A stretch of 38,528 nt of DNA from an uncultured Prevotella sp. GTDB taxonomy: Bacteria; Bacteroidota; Bacteroidia; Bacteroidales; Bacteroidaceae. Both the position numbers and the translations under genes were made by a program. The notes beneath the pieces were generated by a model that saw only the letters and a list, made by a program, of their open reading frames with translations, made no database searches and had not been told where the DNA came from. This document shows positions 8,277-21,175 of this stretch, in pieces. The DNA lies in NCBI GenBank assembly GCA_946055365.1, contig CAMGFM010000001.1, forward strand, positions 1-38,528, given 5' to 3'. Within the stretch, counting starts at the first letter, position 1; each line of letters starts with the position of its first letter.

Positions 8277-9506
8277 TCAGAAGAACAGATAGCAGAGCGC
8301 GATGGCAGCCACTATGCCAGCAAAGTCGGCTATGAGACCGCAGGTGACGGCATGGCGCGTGTGTCTCACGCCCACACTGCCAAAATACACCGCTATGATA
8401 TAGAACGTGGTGTCGGTGGCTCCCTGAAACACGCACGACAGCCTGCCCACAAAGGAGTCTGCGCCATAGGCGGTCATGGCATCGACCATCATGCCGCGCG
8501 CCCCGCTGCCCGAGAGGGGCTTCATGACAGCAGTGGGCAAGGCTCCCACAAACTCGGCGTCGCAGCCTGTCATGCCCACCAGCGTCCTTATGCCGCCGAC
8601 GAGCATGTCCATGGCACCCGAGGCACGGAACACGCCTATGGCCACGAGCATCGCCACGAGGTAGGGTATGACCCTCACGGCAGTGTTGAAGCCGTCCTTG
8701 GCACCCTCGACAAAGGCATCATAGACATTGACCCTGCGCCTGAGACCCGCCACTATGAACGCCATGATGACAGACAGCAGCAAGACGTTGGCCACAGTGG
8801 AGCTGACGGTGTTCATGGTGTCCTTGGACATGAGCGAGAAGCCCCATATCACCGCCGACACCGCGCCGCACATCACGAGCAAAGCCAGCAACACCGAGCG
8901 GCGCAGTAGGTTGATGCGCTGATAGAGCGACGTGACCACTATGCCTGCAAGCGTAGAGAAGAACGTGGCAAGCAATATAGGCACAAACACATCGGTGGGC
9001 TGAGCCGCCCCAAGCTGCGCCCGATAGACCATAACCGACACGGGGATGAGCGTGAGGCCAGAGGTGTTAAGCACAAGAAACATTATCATGGCATCGGAGG
9101 CGGTGTCCTTGCGGCTGTTGAGCGACTGCAACTGCTCCATGGCCTTTAGCCCGAGCGGCGTGGCGGCATTGTCGAGCCCCAGCATGTTGGCTGCCACGTT
9201 CATGAAGATGCTGCCCGTGACGGGGTGGGCCTTGGGGATGGAGGGAAAGAGCCTCACAAACACGGGAGACAGCAGGCGCGCCACAGCGTCGACCACCCCA
9301 CTCTTCTCGCCTATCTTCATTATGCCAAGCCACAGCGACAGCACTCCCGTAAGCCCGAGCGAAATCTCGAAAGCTGTCTTTGCCGTGGCAAACGTGGAGT
9401 CCATGACCGCCGGAAACACCTCTGTGTCGCCCATAAACACGAGTCTCACGACGCTCAACACAAACGCCACGAGAAAGAACGACACCCATATATAGTTTAA
9501 TACCAT
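8277..9506 (-). CDS. SpmA/SpmB fusion membrane protein (nucleoside-recognition Gate domains)
   Basis: ANMLGLDNAATPLGLKAM (SpmA-like) and KPLSGSGARG / DTTFYIIAVYFGSVG (SpmB-like). Confidence 0.9.
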   Translation of the reverse strand: MVLNYIWVSFFLVAFVLSVVRLVFMGDTEVFPAVMDSTFATAKTAFEISLGLTGVLSLWLGIMKIGEKSGVVDAVARLLSPVFVRLFPSIPKAHPVTGSIFMNVAANMLGLDNAATPLGLKAMEQLQSLNSRKDTASDAMIMFLVLNTSGLTLIPVSVMVYRAQLGAAQPTDVFVPILLATFFSTLAGIVVTSLYQRINLLRRSVLLALLVMCGAVSAVIWGFSLMSKDTMNTVSSTVANVLLLSVIMAFIVAGLRRRVNVYDAFVEGAKDGFNTAVRVIPYLVAMLVAIGVFRASGAMDMLVGGIRTLVGMTGCDAEFVGALPTAVMKPLSGSGARGMMVDAMTAYGADSFVGRLSCVFQGATDTTFYIIAVYFGSVGVRHTRHAVTCGLIADFAGIVAAIALCYLFF

Positions 9507-9543
9507 AACAATGTTACTGCACTTGTTTTACTTTTCGCCATCA

Positions 9544-9643
9544 TAAGAGCCGCCCTGCATTTTCAAAAGTGGCTCTTTGCGCCTGCCAAAGTGCCACTCT
9601 GCGCCTGCAAAAGTGCCACTTTACGCAGCTGGAGAGGCTCTTT
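9544..9643. repeat. Palindrome array 2 (3 good and 2 degenerate units)
   Basis: Units at 9544 (degenerate), 9566 AAAGTGGCTCTTT, 9588 AAAGTGCCACTCT, 9610 AAAGTGCCACTTT, 9631 GGAGAGGCTCTTT; periods 22,22,22,21. Confidence 0.9.
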
Positions 9644-9846
9644 CGGGACGGCCTCATCAAGCCATTGCAGACGTAGACAGCCTCTCGCCCACGCAAAAGG
9701 CAAGAGCCGCGACACACGACCACGCTCCTGGCTCTCTGCCACAGACGCTGCCATAAGGCCCTGAAGCCGCGGCAACTCCACACGACGGCATCCACAGTCA
9801 CGCCGCCGTGGCAGGCATGACAAGGCACGATATACTTACCGCGCTG

Positions 9847-9895
9847 CAAAATTAGGCATTATTTTAGAATAAGTCAAATAAAAATGTTACTTTTG
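9847..9895. promoter_or_regulatory. Divergent Bacteroidota -7 promoter elements for spmAB (-) and coaD (+)
   Basis: TAATTTTG on - strand at 9847-9854 and TACTTTTG on + strand at 9888-9895; both match TAnnTTTG in an AT-rich patch. Confidence 0.65.
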
Positions 9896-9921
9896 CAAGC
9901 ATAACATACAGTTAGTGACAA

Positions 9922-10380
9922 ATGGAAAAAACAGGATTGTTCGCAGGCTCGTTTGACCCGTTCACCATAGGACACGCATCCATAGTGAGACGCGCCCTGC
10001 CGCTCTTTGACCGTCTCGTCATAGGCGTGGGGGTAAACGAACAGAAAAGATACTCGCAGACGGCGGCGCAACGCGTGGAGGCCATAAGGCGGCTCTACGC
10101 CGGCGACAGCCGCATAGAGGTGATGCAATATAGCTGTCTCACCGCCGACTTTGCGCACGACATAGGCGCGGCGTTCATCGTCAAGGGCGTGAGAAACGTG
10201 AGAGACTTTGAGGCGGAGCGCGACCAGGCCGACATCAACCGCCACCTCACGGGCGTGGAGACCCTGCTGCTGTGCGCGGAGCCGGGACTGGACAGCGTCA
10301 GCTCATCTGTGGTGCGCGAGCTGAGGAGCTTTGGCAAGGACACGGGCGAGTTTTTGCCTGCAAGGCAGGACAGCATGTGA
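9922..10380 (+). CDS. coaD: Pantetheine-phosphate adenylyltransferase
   Basis: FAGSFDPFTIGH, VKGVRNVRDFEAE, VSSSVVREL. Confidence 0.97.
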   Translation: MEKTGLFAGSFDPFTIGHASIVRRALPLFDRLVIGVGVNEQKRYSQTAAQRVEAIRRLYAGDSRIEVMQYSCLTADFAHDIGAAFIVKGVRNVRDFEAERDQADINRHLTGVETLLLCAEPGLDSVSSSVVRELRSFGKDTGEFLPARQDSM

Positions 10381-10631
10381 CACCGCGGGCCAAGACCATC
10401 CACACTACGGCACGACATAAACATCCATACACACATAATTATTAACTCTAAGGTGGCGACGTGATGATGGCGTACATCTCTTATTAACAAAGACATTGCG
10501 TGAATGTCCAAGAGAACACGCCACGCACACCACCGACAAGCATGCCTCCATCGCCACGGCACGGGCATCGGCACGGCACCGCGCCGCCAGTGTCATGGCG
10601 AGAGGGGCGTGACAAGAAAAAAATCACGACT

Positions 10632-11045
10632 ATGATAACATACAATGCGGAAGGCGTGAGAATGCCAAAGCTCAAGAAACGCGAGACAACGGCGTGGATA
10701 CGCGCCGTGGCAGGCTCTTATGGCTACAAGGTGGGCGAAGTGGGCTATATGTTTGTTGACGACGAGAAAATTCTCGAGGTCAACAACGAGTTTCTCGGAC
10801 ATGACTACTACACCGATGTCATCACTTTTGACTATGACGAGCCGGGCATAGTGAGCGGCGACATCGTCATCTCGCTCGACACGGTGAGGTCAAACGCCGA
10901 GAAGTTTGGCAAGGACTATGAGGAAGAGCTGCGGCGTGTCATCATACACGGCATACTGCATCTCTGCGGCATCAACGACAAGGGCCCTGGCGAGAGAGAG
11001 GTGATGGAAGAAGCCGAAAACAAGGCTCTCGCCATGCACCCCTGA
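10632..11045 (+). CDS. ybeY: rRNA maturation endoribonuclease YbeY
   Basis: HDYYTDVITFDY, GDIVISLD, HGILHLCGIND zinc motif. Start trimmed to MITYN at 10632. Confidence 0.95.
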   Translation: MITYNAEGVRMPKLKKRETTAWIRAVAGSYGYKVGEVGYMFVDDEKILEVNNEFLGHDYYTDVITFDYDEPGIVSGDIVISLDTVRSNAEKFGKDYEEELRRVIIHGILHLCGINDKGPGEREVMEEAENKALAMHP

Positions 11046-11048
11046 GCG

Positions 11049-12287
11049 TCACATAATGACAAGACGCGTGAGGCGCGAGTCGTCGAAGATGTCCTGAGCC
11101 ACGCCTTGCAGGTCTTGGGGAGTGAGCGCGTCTATCCTGTCATACATCGCGCCTATGTCCTTGAGCCATCCGTAGTGGAGAAAGCCCTTGGCAAAGTCAA
11201 GGGCAAAAGCCTCACGCGAGTCGCAGGCTATGCCTATCTGCCCCTTTATCTGCCTCTTGGCGGCAGTGAGCCTCGCCTCGGTGAGGGGCGATAGCATCAC
11301 CCTGTCGAGTTCCTTGCGCACGAGCCTCACACAGCGGTCTACATTGGCGGGGTCGCAACCGAAGTAGACGGCCCACAGGCCCGCGTCGGAGTAGCCCGTC
11401 ATGGAGCTTTCCACGGTATAGACCAATCCATTGCGCTCGCGCAACGACATGTTAAGGCGCGCGCTCATGCCCGGTCCGCCGAGGATATTGTTGAGCAGAT
11501 AGAGTGCTGTGCGCCTCTTGTCGCCTGCTGGATAGGCCCTGTTGCCCATCATGACGTGGGCGAGGTGGGTGTCCATGTGTCGCGTGACATTCTGAGGCAC
11601 ATATTCGCGCATGACACACGCCTCTCTCGCCGCCCCGCGGGGCAGTGCCGAGGTCTGGAGGTCGCCAGTGGCACGCTCCAAGAGTCTCAGGAGACGCGCG
11701 AAGTCCACGTCGCCGTAGGCAAAGAACACGGCGTTGTCGGGGCGGTAGTGCCTGCCCGTAAACGCAAGCGCGTCATGCGTGGTGAAAGTGCGCAGACGCT
11801 CCGCGCTGCCAAGTATGTTGCGGCCCAGAGGATGCCCGTGGAAGAGCATATCCTCAAAGATGTCGTATATGAGTTCGGCTGGCGAGTCGTTGTAGCTTTC
11901 TATTTCGTCGCATATAACCTCCACTTCCTTGTCTATCTCACGCTGCGGGCAGGTGCTGTGAAACACCATGTCGGTGAGAATGTCCACCGCACGGTCGACA
12001 TTAGCCCTAAGCACGGCGGCGTGATAGACAGTCTCCTCCTTGCCAGTGAACGCATTGAGGTCGCCGCCCACGCTTTCGAGACAGTTGATGATGTGCCACG
12101 GACGGCGGCGTGCGGTGCCCTTGAACATGACATGCTCGCAGAAATGGGCCATGCCCTCCTTGCCCTCGTCCTCGTCGCGTGTGCCTGCACCCACGGCATA
12201 TCCGCAATAAAGCACGGGCGACTCACAGTGCAGGTGAATGACGCGCAGGCCGTTGGCAAATGTATGTGTGTTGTAGTCTTTCGTCAT
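11049..12287 (-). CDS. M16 (pitrilysin/insulinase) family zinc peptidase
   Basis: Inverted zinc motif HFCEH in GMAHFCEHVMFKGT; LNAFT; LRERNGLVY. Confidence 0.93.
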   Translation of the reverse strand: MTKDYNTHTFANGLRVIHLHCESPVLYCGYAVGAGTRDEDEGKEGMAHFCEHVMFKGTARRRPWHIINCLESVGGDLNAFTGKEETVYHAAVLRANVDRAVDILTDMVFHSTCPQREIDKEVEVICDEIESYNDSPAELIYDIFEDMLFHGHPLGRNILGSAERLRTFTTHDALAFTGRHYRPDNAVFFAYGDVDFARLLRLLERATGDLQTSALPRGAAREACVMREYVPQNVTRHMDTHLAHVMMGNRAYPAGDKRRTALYLLNNILGGPGMSARLNMSLRERNGLVYTVESSMTGYSDAGLWAVYFGCDPANVDRCVRLVRKELDRVMLSPLTEARLTAAKRQIKGQIGIACDSREAFALDFAKGFLHYGWLKDIGAMYDRIDALTPQDLQGVAQDIFDDSRLTRLVIM

Positions 12288-12387
12288 ATTTTCTTCTTTT
12301 GTAGGGTAGTGTTTTTATTCCCATCGTCCATGTTGTCACTCACGGCGCAGGCCTTACGTCGGCTATGGCAGCGGCAACGCATCTTGG

Positions 12388-12466
12388 CAAGTGGCACTTT
12401 ACATGCCGTAAAGTGCCACTTGTGTGATGGCAAAGCGGCACTTTTGGGTGGCAAAAGTGGCGTTTT
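12388..12466. repeat. Palindrome array 3 (4 units, 22-bp period)
   Basis: CAAGTGGCACTTT@12388, AAAGTGCCACTTG@12410, AAAGCGGCACTTT@12432, AAAGTGGCGTTTT@12454. Confidence 0.95.
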
Positions 12467-12562
12467 CTGACGTGGGCATCGGCGTGTACGGGGTCTCGTG
12501 CATGGGCTGTGGCTGCGTGAACATCAAGACTACGGCCTCATCACAGAGGTCTGGCGACCTGA

Positions 12563-15916
<3,354 letters not shown>

Positions 15917-15936
15917 AGTGTGTCACAATAAATCAC

Positions 15937-16008
15937 AAAGCGGACAAAGGAGGACAAGCGTGTCACACACATCAGTAAAGCAGACAAAGGAGGATAGGAC
16001 ATGTCACA
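15937..16008. repeat. Imperfect two-copy direct repeat, 40-bp offset
   Basis: AAAGCGGACAAAGGAGGACAAGCGTGTCACA@15937 and AAAGCAGACAAAGGAGGATAGGACATGTCACA@15977. Confidence 0.75.
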
Positions 16009-16086
16009 TTCTGTCATCCCCTTGTACGCTCTTCGGGGCATGAAAGTCAACGCCACGACAGAAGGCACACCACCTCTACAACAGTC

Positions 16087-16121
16087 AAAAAGGCAACGGA
16101 CGACATGTCTGTTGCCTTTTT
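16087..16121 (+). terminator. Intrinsic terminator after lacZ
   Basis: AAAAAGGCAACGGAC-GACAT-GTCTGTTGCCTTTTT stem-loop with A and T tails. Confidence 0.75.
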
Positions 16122-16157
16122 CTCATGCGCACGATTGGCAAAACTGCAAAAAATGAT

Positions 16158-16165
16158 TATCTTTG
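16158..16165 (+). promoter_or_regulatory. -7 promoter element for ruvB
   Basis: TATCTTTG followed by CA, about 30 bp before the ATG. Confidence 0.65.
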
Positions 16166-16196
16166 CACCCTGCCAAACATCATTACAAGACAAGAC

Positions 16197-17231
16197 ATGG
16201 AAGACAATTTCGACATAAGACAAGAGGGAAGACGCTCCACCGAAAAGGACTTTGAGAACGCCTTGCGCCCCTTGCAGTTCGGCGACTTCAGCGGACAAAA
16301 CAAGGTGGTCGAAAATCTGGAGGTGTTTGTGGAGGCCGCAAAGTATAGAGGCGAGCCTCTGGACCACACACTGCTGCACGGACCTCCGGGACTCGGCAAG
16401 ACCACTCTCAGCAACATCATAGCCAATGAGCTGGGGGTGGGCTTCAAAATCACCAGCGGCCCCGTGCTTGACAAGCCGGGCGACCTCGCAGGCATACTCA
16501 CCTCGCTTGAGCCGCGCGACGTGCTGTTCATCGACGAGATACACCGCCTCTCGCCAGTGGTGGAGGAGTATCTCTATTCTGCTATGGAGGACTATCGCAT
16601 AGACATCATGATAGACAAAGGCCCGTCGGCACGCTCCATACAGATAGACCTCAACCCGTTCACTCTCGTGGGCGCAACCACGCGCAGCGGACTGCTCACC
16701 GCACCGCTGAGGGCGCGCTTTGGCATAAACCTCCACCTCGAATATTATGACCCCGACACGCTCAGCCGCATCATAAGACGCTCGGCAAGCATAATGAGAG
16801 TGCCGTGCGACGATGACGCGGCGTATGAGATAGCACGACGATCACGCGGCACGCCACGCATAGCCAACGCCCTGCTGAGGCGCGTGAGGGACTTTGCGCA
16901 GGTCAAGGGCAACGGACGCATTGACCTGGACATTGCAAGGGTGTCGCTCGCGGCTCTTAACATCGACCAGTATGGGCTGGACGAGATAGACAACAAGATA
17001 TTGCTCACGATAATAGACAAGTTCAACGGCGGACCGGTGGGCGTGTCTACCATAGCTACCGCCATAGGCGAGGACACGGGCACCGTGGAGGAGGTGTATG
17101 AGCCTTATCTCATCATGGAGGGCTTTATCAAACGCACTCAACGGGGACGTATGGTGACACCGCTTGCCTACAAGCATCTCGGCAGACAGCTCACAGGCAG
17201 CAATGTGGCGGAGCTGTCGCTGTTTGACTGA
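16197..17231 (+). CDS. ruvB: Holliday junction branch migration helicase RuvB
   Basis: GPPGLGKTT Walker [10 protein letters not shown] Walker [25 protein letters not shown]. Start trimmed to MEDNF at 16197. Confidence 0.98.
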   Translation: MEDNFDIRQEGRRSTEKDFENALRPLQFGDFSGQNKVVENLEVFVEAAKYRGEPLDHTLLHGPPGLGKTTLSNIIANELGVGFKITSGPVLDKPGDLAGILTSLEPRDVLFIDEIHRLSPVVEEYLYSAMEDYRIDIMIDKGPSARSIQIDLNPFTLVGATTRSGLLTAPLRARFGINLHLEYYDPDTLSRIIRRSASIMRVPCDDDAAYEIARRSRGTPRIANALLRRVRDFAQVKGNGRIDLDIARVSLAALNIDQYGLDEIDNKILLTIIDKFNGGPVGVSTIATAIGEDTGTVEEVYEPYLIMEGFIKRTQRGRMVTPLAYKHLGRQLTGSNVAELSLFD

Positions 17232-17269
17232 ACGACAACGCACACGGGGAACGGCTCCCTGCCGTTGAC

Positions 17270-17347
17270 AAAGCGGCTCTTTGGACATGCTAAAGTGGCA
17301 CTTTGGACATCTAAAGCGGCACTTTTCGCAGCCTAAAGGGCCGCTTT
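17270..17347. repeat. Palindrome array 4 (4 units plus a degenerate one at 17248)
   Basis: AAAGCGGCTCTTT@17270, AAAGTGGCACTTT@17292, AAAGCGGCACTTT@17313, AAAGGGCCGCTTT@17335. Confidence 0.95.
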
Positions 17348-17358
17348 GCATTTTCATA

Positions 17359-17415
17359 ACGGCGGCTCCTTACACGTCTGCAATAATGCTTTCAGACAAT
17401 GTAAGGAGCCGCCGT
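17359..17415. terminator. Long inverted repeat between convergent ruvB and S41 genes; probable bidirectional terminator or 3'-end hairpin
   Basis: ACGGCGGCTCCTTACA ... TGTAAGGAGCCGCCGT (16-bp perfect arms) with inner GTCTG/CAGAC pairing; U-tracts are weak. Confidence 0.6.
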
Positions 17416-17472
17416 CACGTTTGTTTGCTGGCATAGGCCCTTAATATAGCGGCGTGTCACGCCGCCGTCATG

Positions 17473-19056
17473 TCAGTTGCTTATCACCTCAAGCCCCTTC
17501 TGCACTATGCGGTTGGAGGCGTTGATAACGTGATAGTATTCGTTCATGTCCCAGATGTCTCTCGCCACAAGAGCCTTGAGCTGCAGGCGCATCATGGGCA
17601 GGCTGTTGGCAAGCTCATTGTCGTCCTTGGGCTTCACCCCGAGCTTGTCCGCCTCGCTGAGTATGCCGTCTATGACCGTCTGAGGGATGTCAAAGCTCTC
17701 GAGGAATGACTCAAACGACGGGTAGTCGCGCTTCAGCTTCTTGCGATTGGCGTCGACATAGCGCATGGAGGCGTTGATGACAAGCGAGCGAGAGACAATG
17801 TCGCGATAGAATGTGGTGAACTGTGTGGTGTCAAGAGGCACAAACACGTCGGGCATGATGCCTCCGCCGCCATACACCACGCGGTGCTTGCGGAGAGTGG
17901 TGCAGCGCAGAGAGTCGTTGAAGTGTATGGAGTCTTGCGAGAAGAGTTCGCCACGCTTCAGGCGACGCTCTATGTCACGGGCATAGTCCTCTTTCTCGCC
18001 CTTGACAAAGGGCTTCTGTATGCAGCGGCCCGACGGCGTGTAGTAGTGAGACACGGTGAGACGCATCATGGAGCCGTCTTCAAACTCGACGGGACGCTGC
18101 ACAAGACCCTTGCCAAAGCTGCGGCGACCAACGATGACCGCCCTGTCCTGATCTTGCAGCGCACCCGAGAATATCTCGGCGGCAGATGCCGAATACTCAT
18201 TGATAAGTACGCACACCTTGAGGTTCTTGAGGCTGCCGTCTGATGGCGCGCAGTATTCGCTGCGCTTCATGGAGCGTCCCTGAGTGTAGACCACAAGGTC
18301 GCCACGTGAGAGAAACTCTGACGTGATCTGCACCGCTGACTGCAAGTAGCCGCCTCCATTGTTCTGAAGGTCTACTATCAGCTGCTCCATACCCTGCCCT
18401 TTCAGCTCTTCCACGGCGGTCATGAACTCGCCGTAGGTGTTCGCGCCAAAGCTGCCTATACATATATATCCTGTCTTGGGGGCTATCATATACTTGGCAT
18501 CGACGGTGTAGACGGGTATCTTGTCGCGCACTACGGTGAAATGGATCATGTCTGGCACTCCGCGACGCATCACGCCAAGGCTCACCTTGGTGCCTTTTGG
18601 TCCGCGCAGGCGTTTTGCTATGTCGGGGGTGGTTATCTTGACCCCTGCAATGGTGGTGTCATTGACCGTCAGGATGCGGTCGCCAGCCATCAGGCCCACC
18701 CTCTCCGACGGGCCTTTGGATATGGTCTGCACCACGACGAGCGTGTCTTCTATAATGTTATACTGTATGCCGATGCCTTCAAACGATCCGTTCAACGGCT
18801 CGTTAAGTGCCTTTGTCTCCTTGGCTGTTGTGTAGGACGAATGAGGGTCGAGCTTCTCGAGCATGCCCCTTATGGCATCCTCCACGAGGAGGTTGTCGTC
18901 TACCTCGTCCACATAGAGACTGGATATGGCCATCTGCGCAAGGCTCAGCTTGCGCATGGCCTCCCTGCCGTCGCTCTGTTCCTTGAGCTGTGCGTGACTA
19001 ATGAGCGGTATCAGGGCGAGTGCCGCTGACAATAATACTGTCTTGAGTGTGTTCAT
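17473..19056 (-). CDS. S41A C-terminal processing peptidase (Prc/CtpA-like) with PDZ domain
   Basis: LDPHSSY, FEGIGI, LRGPKGTKV, DLQNNGGG, SASAAEI (Ser), FGKGLVQ (Lys), YYTPSGR. Start trimmed to MNTLKT at 19056. Confidence 0.93.
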   Translation of the reverse strand: MNTLKTVLLSAALALIPLISHAQLKEQSDGREAMRKLSLAQMAISSLYVDEVDDNLLVEDAIRGMLEKLDPHSSYTTAKETKALNEPLNGSFEGIGIQYNIIEDTLVVVQTISKGPSERVGLMAGDRILTVNDTTIAGVKITTPDIAKRLRGPKGTKVSLGVMRRGVPDMIHFTVVRDKIPVYTVDAKYMIAPKTGYICIGSFGANTYGEFMTAVEELKGQGMEQLIVDLQNNGGGYLQSAVQITSEFLSRGDLVVYTQGRSMKRSEYCAPSDGSLKNLKVCVLINEYSASAAEIFSGALQDQDRAVIVGRRSFGKGLVQRPVEFEDGSMMRLTVSHYYTPSGRCIQKPFVKGEKEDYARDIERRLKRGELFSQDSIHFNDSLRCTTLRKHRVVYGGGGIMPDVFVPLDTTQFTTFYRDIVSRSLVINASMRYVDANRKKLKRDYPSFESFLESFDIPQTVIDGILSEADKLGVKPKDDNELANSLPMMRLQLKALVARDIWDMNEYYHVINASNRIVQKGLEVISN

Positions 19057-19145
19057 GTCGTGTGTTTTTTTGTCTTTTGGTGGTTGATGACACCTGCGGA
19101 TAGAAAGTAACCTGTGGCGAGGCATGTTTTTCTCTCCGCAAAGAG

Positions 19146-21080
19146 TCACGCGAGATCCTCCTCCACCACGAGATTGTCTATGATAAACGACTGTCTCTCC
19201 ATGGTGTTCTTGCCCATATAATATTCGAGGAGCTTCTGCACCTGGTCGTTCTTGTGCAGCGTGACCTGCTCGAGGCGCATGTCAGGGCCTATGAAATGGG
19301 CAAACTCGTCGGGCGAGATTTCTCCCAAACCTTTGAAACGCGTGATTTCGGGGTCGGGACCCAACGCCTGTATGGCAGACACGCGCTCTTCCTCGGTGTA
19401 GCAGTAGCGCGTGACAAAGTCTGACTTGCGCCCTGCCGTCTCCTGTCTGCCCGCCTCCTCAAGCACCTTGCGGTCGCGTATCTTGCTGCGGCGGTTGCGC
19501 ACCCTGAAAAGGGGTGTCTGCAACACATATACATGGCCCTTCTTGATGAGATCGGGAAAGAACTGCAAGAAAAAGGTGATGATGAGCAGCCTGATGTGCA
19601 TGCCGTCGACATCGGCATCGGTAGCCACGATGACCTTGTTGTATCTTAGAGTGTCAAGGCCGTCCTCTATGTCAAGCGCAGCCTGCAACAGATTGAACTC
19701 CTCGTTCTCATAGACAATTTTCTTGGTGAGTCCGTAGGAGTTGAGCGGCTTGCCCCTGAGCGAGAACACCGCCTGAGTGTTGACATCACGGCTCTTGGTG
19801 ATGGAGCCGCTGGCAGAGTCGCCCTCGGTGATGAATATTGACGACTCTTCCTTGCGCTCGCTCTTGGCGTCGGAGTAATGTATGCGGCAGTCGCGCAGCT
19901 TGCGGTTGTGGAGATTGGCTTTCTTGGCCCTCTCGCGCGCCAGTTTGGTCACGCCAGCCATGGCCTTGCGCTCTCGCTCGCTCTCTGCTATCTTCTGCTG
20001 GAGGGCTTCTGTCACGTCAGAATGGATGTGCAGGTAGTTGTCGACCTCACGCTTGACAAAGTCGCCCACATATTTGTTGATGCTTTCGCCGCCCGGCGAC
20101 ATCTGGAGTGAGCCGAGCTTTATCTTAGTCTGCGACTCAAACATCGGCTCTTCCACATTGACGGCAATGGCGGCCACTATGCCGTTGCGTATGTCGGTAA
20201 ACTCGTAGTTCTTGCCGAAAAATTCCTTTATGGTGCGCGCTATATGCTCCTTGAACGCGCTCTGATGCGTGCCTCCCTGCGTGGTGTGCTGTCCGTTGAC
20301 AAAGGAATGATATTCCTCGCCATACTGGTTGGTGTGGGTGAAGGCTATCTCTATGTCCTCGCCTTTGATGTGTATGATGGGATAGAGGCCGTCGTTGGTC
20401 ATGTTGTCGTTAAGCAGGTCAGCGAGACCGTTGCGCGAGAGTATGCGCCTGCCGTTATACATGATGGCAAGGCCCGAGTTGAGATAGGTATAGTTGCGCA
20501 GCATGGTCTCCACGATGTCGTCATGAAACGTGTAGTTGGCAAAGAGCGTGGCATCTGGCTCAAAATGTATGTATGTGCCGTTCTCTTCCTCTGAGGCGAC
20601 AGTGTCATCGCTCTTAAGAATGCCTCTCTCAAACGTCAGCGTGCGCACCTTGCCCTCCCTGAACGAGCGCACCTCAAAGCGCGAACTCAGCGCGTTGACC
20701 GCCTTTACGCCCACGCCGTTGAGGCCCACGCTCTTCTTGAAAGCCTTGGAGTCGTACTTGCCGCCGGTGTTAAGCACGCTCACCGCCTCAACGAGCTTGC
20801 CTTGTGGTATGCCGCGGCCATAGTCGCGCACGGTCACGCGCAGGTTGTCCTCCACATCTACCTCTATGCGCTTGCCCGCGTTCATCTTAAACTCGTCGAT
20901 AGAGTTGTCCACGACCTCCTTGAGCAGCACATATATGCCGTCCTCTGGCAGGTTGCCGTCGCCGAGACGGCCTATATACATGCCAGGACGCGTGCGCACA
21001 TGCTCCATGTCGGAGAGATGCCTGATGTTATCGTCGGTGTAGTCCACCGTAACGCCGTCCAAAAGATTTTCCTCGTTCAT
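19146..21080 (-). CDS. parE: DNA topoisomerase IV subunit B
   Basis: [33 protein letters not shown] (GHKL ATPase); TEGDSA, LRGKPLN, TDADVDG (TOPRIM); RFKGLGEI. Bacteroidota ParE-like rather than GyrB-like variants. Confidence 0.9.
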   Translation of the reverse strand: MNEENLLDGVTVDYTDDNIRHLSDMEHVRTRPGMYIGRLGDGNLPEDGIYVLLKEVVDNSIDEFKMNAGKRIEVDVEDNLRVTVRDYGRGIPQGKLVEAVSVLNTGGKYDSKAFKKSVGLNGVGVKAVNALSSRFEVRSFREGKVRTLTFERGILKSDDTVASEEENGTYIHFEPDATLFANYTFHDDIVETMLRNYTYLNSGLAIMYNGRRILSRNGLADLLNDNMTNDGLYPIIHIKGEDIEIAFTHTNQYGEEYHSFVNGQHTTQGGTHQSAFKEHIARTIKEFFGKNYEFTDIRNGIVAAIAVNVEEPMFESQTKIKLGSLQMSPGGESINKYVGDFVKREVDNYLHIHSDVTEALQQKIAESERERKAMAGVTKLARERAKKANLHNRKLRDCRIHYSDAKSERKEESSIFITEGDSASGSITKSRDVNTQAVFSLRGKPLNSYGLTKKIVYENEEFNLLQAALDIEDGLDTLRYNKVIVATDADVDGMHIRLLIITFFLQFFPDLIKKGHVYVLQTPLFRVRNRRSKIRDRKVLEEAGRQETAGRKSDFVTRYCYTEEERVSAIQALGPDPEITRFKGLGEISPDEFAHFIGPDMRLEQVTLHKNDQVQKLLEYYMGKNTMERQSFIIDNLVVEEDLA

Positions 21081-21175
21081 ATAACGCTGTCTGTTTTTAC
21101 GTGCAGGATGTTGTCGCATGGCGTTTTGCCGTTTGCGGTCAGGCATATTGCCCCTGCCCTACTGCACACTAACAT

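Noticed and set aside
8164-8436. N-terminal extensions in the ORF track (flippase; likewise ybeY, lacZ, ruvB, S41, parE, GNAT, secreted protein, ptb)
   Set aside because: They overlap neighbouring genes, promoters or A-rich translation-initiation regions. Family-typical or signal-peptide starts lie downstream.
10381-10631. CACGGCAC-rich spacer between coaD and ybeY
   Set aside because: Only short low-complexity repeats with no fixed period or convincing stem.
19146-21080. parE without parC, and ruvB without ruvA/ruvC, as anomalies
   Set aside because: These genes are commonly unlinked in Bacteroidota.
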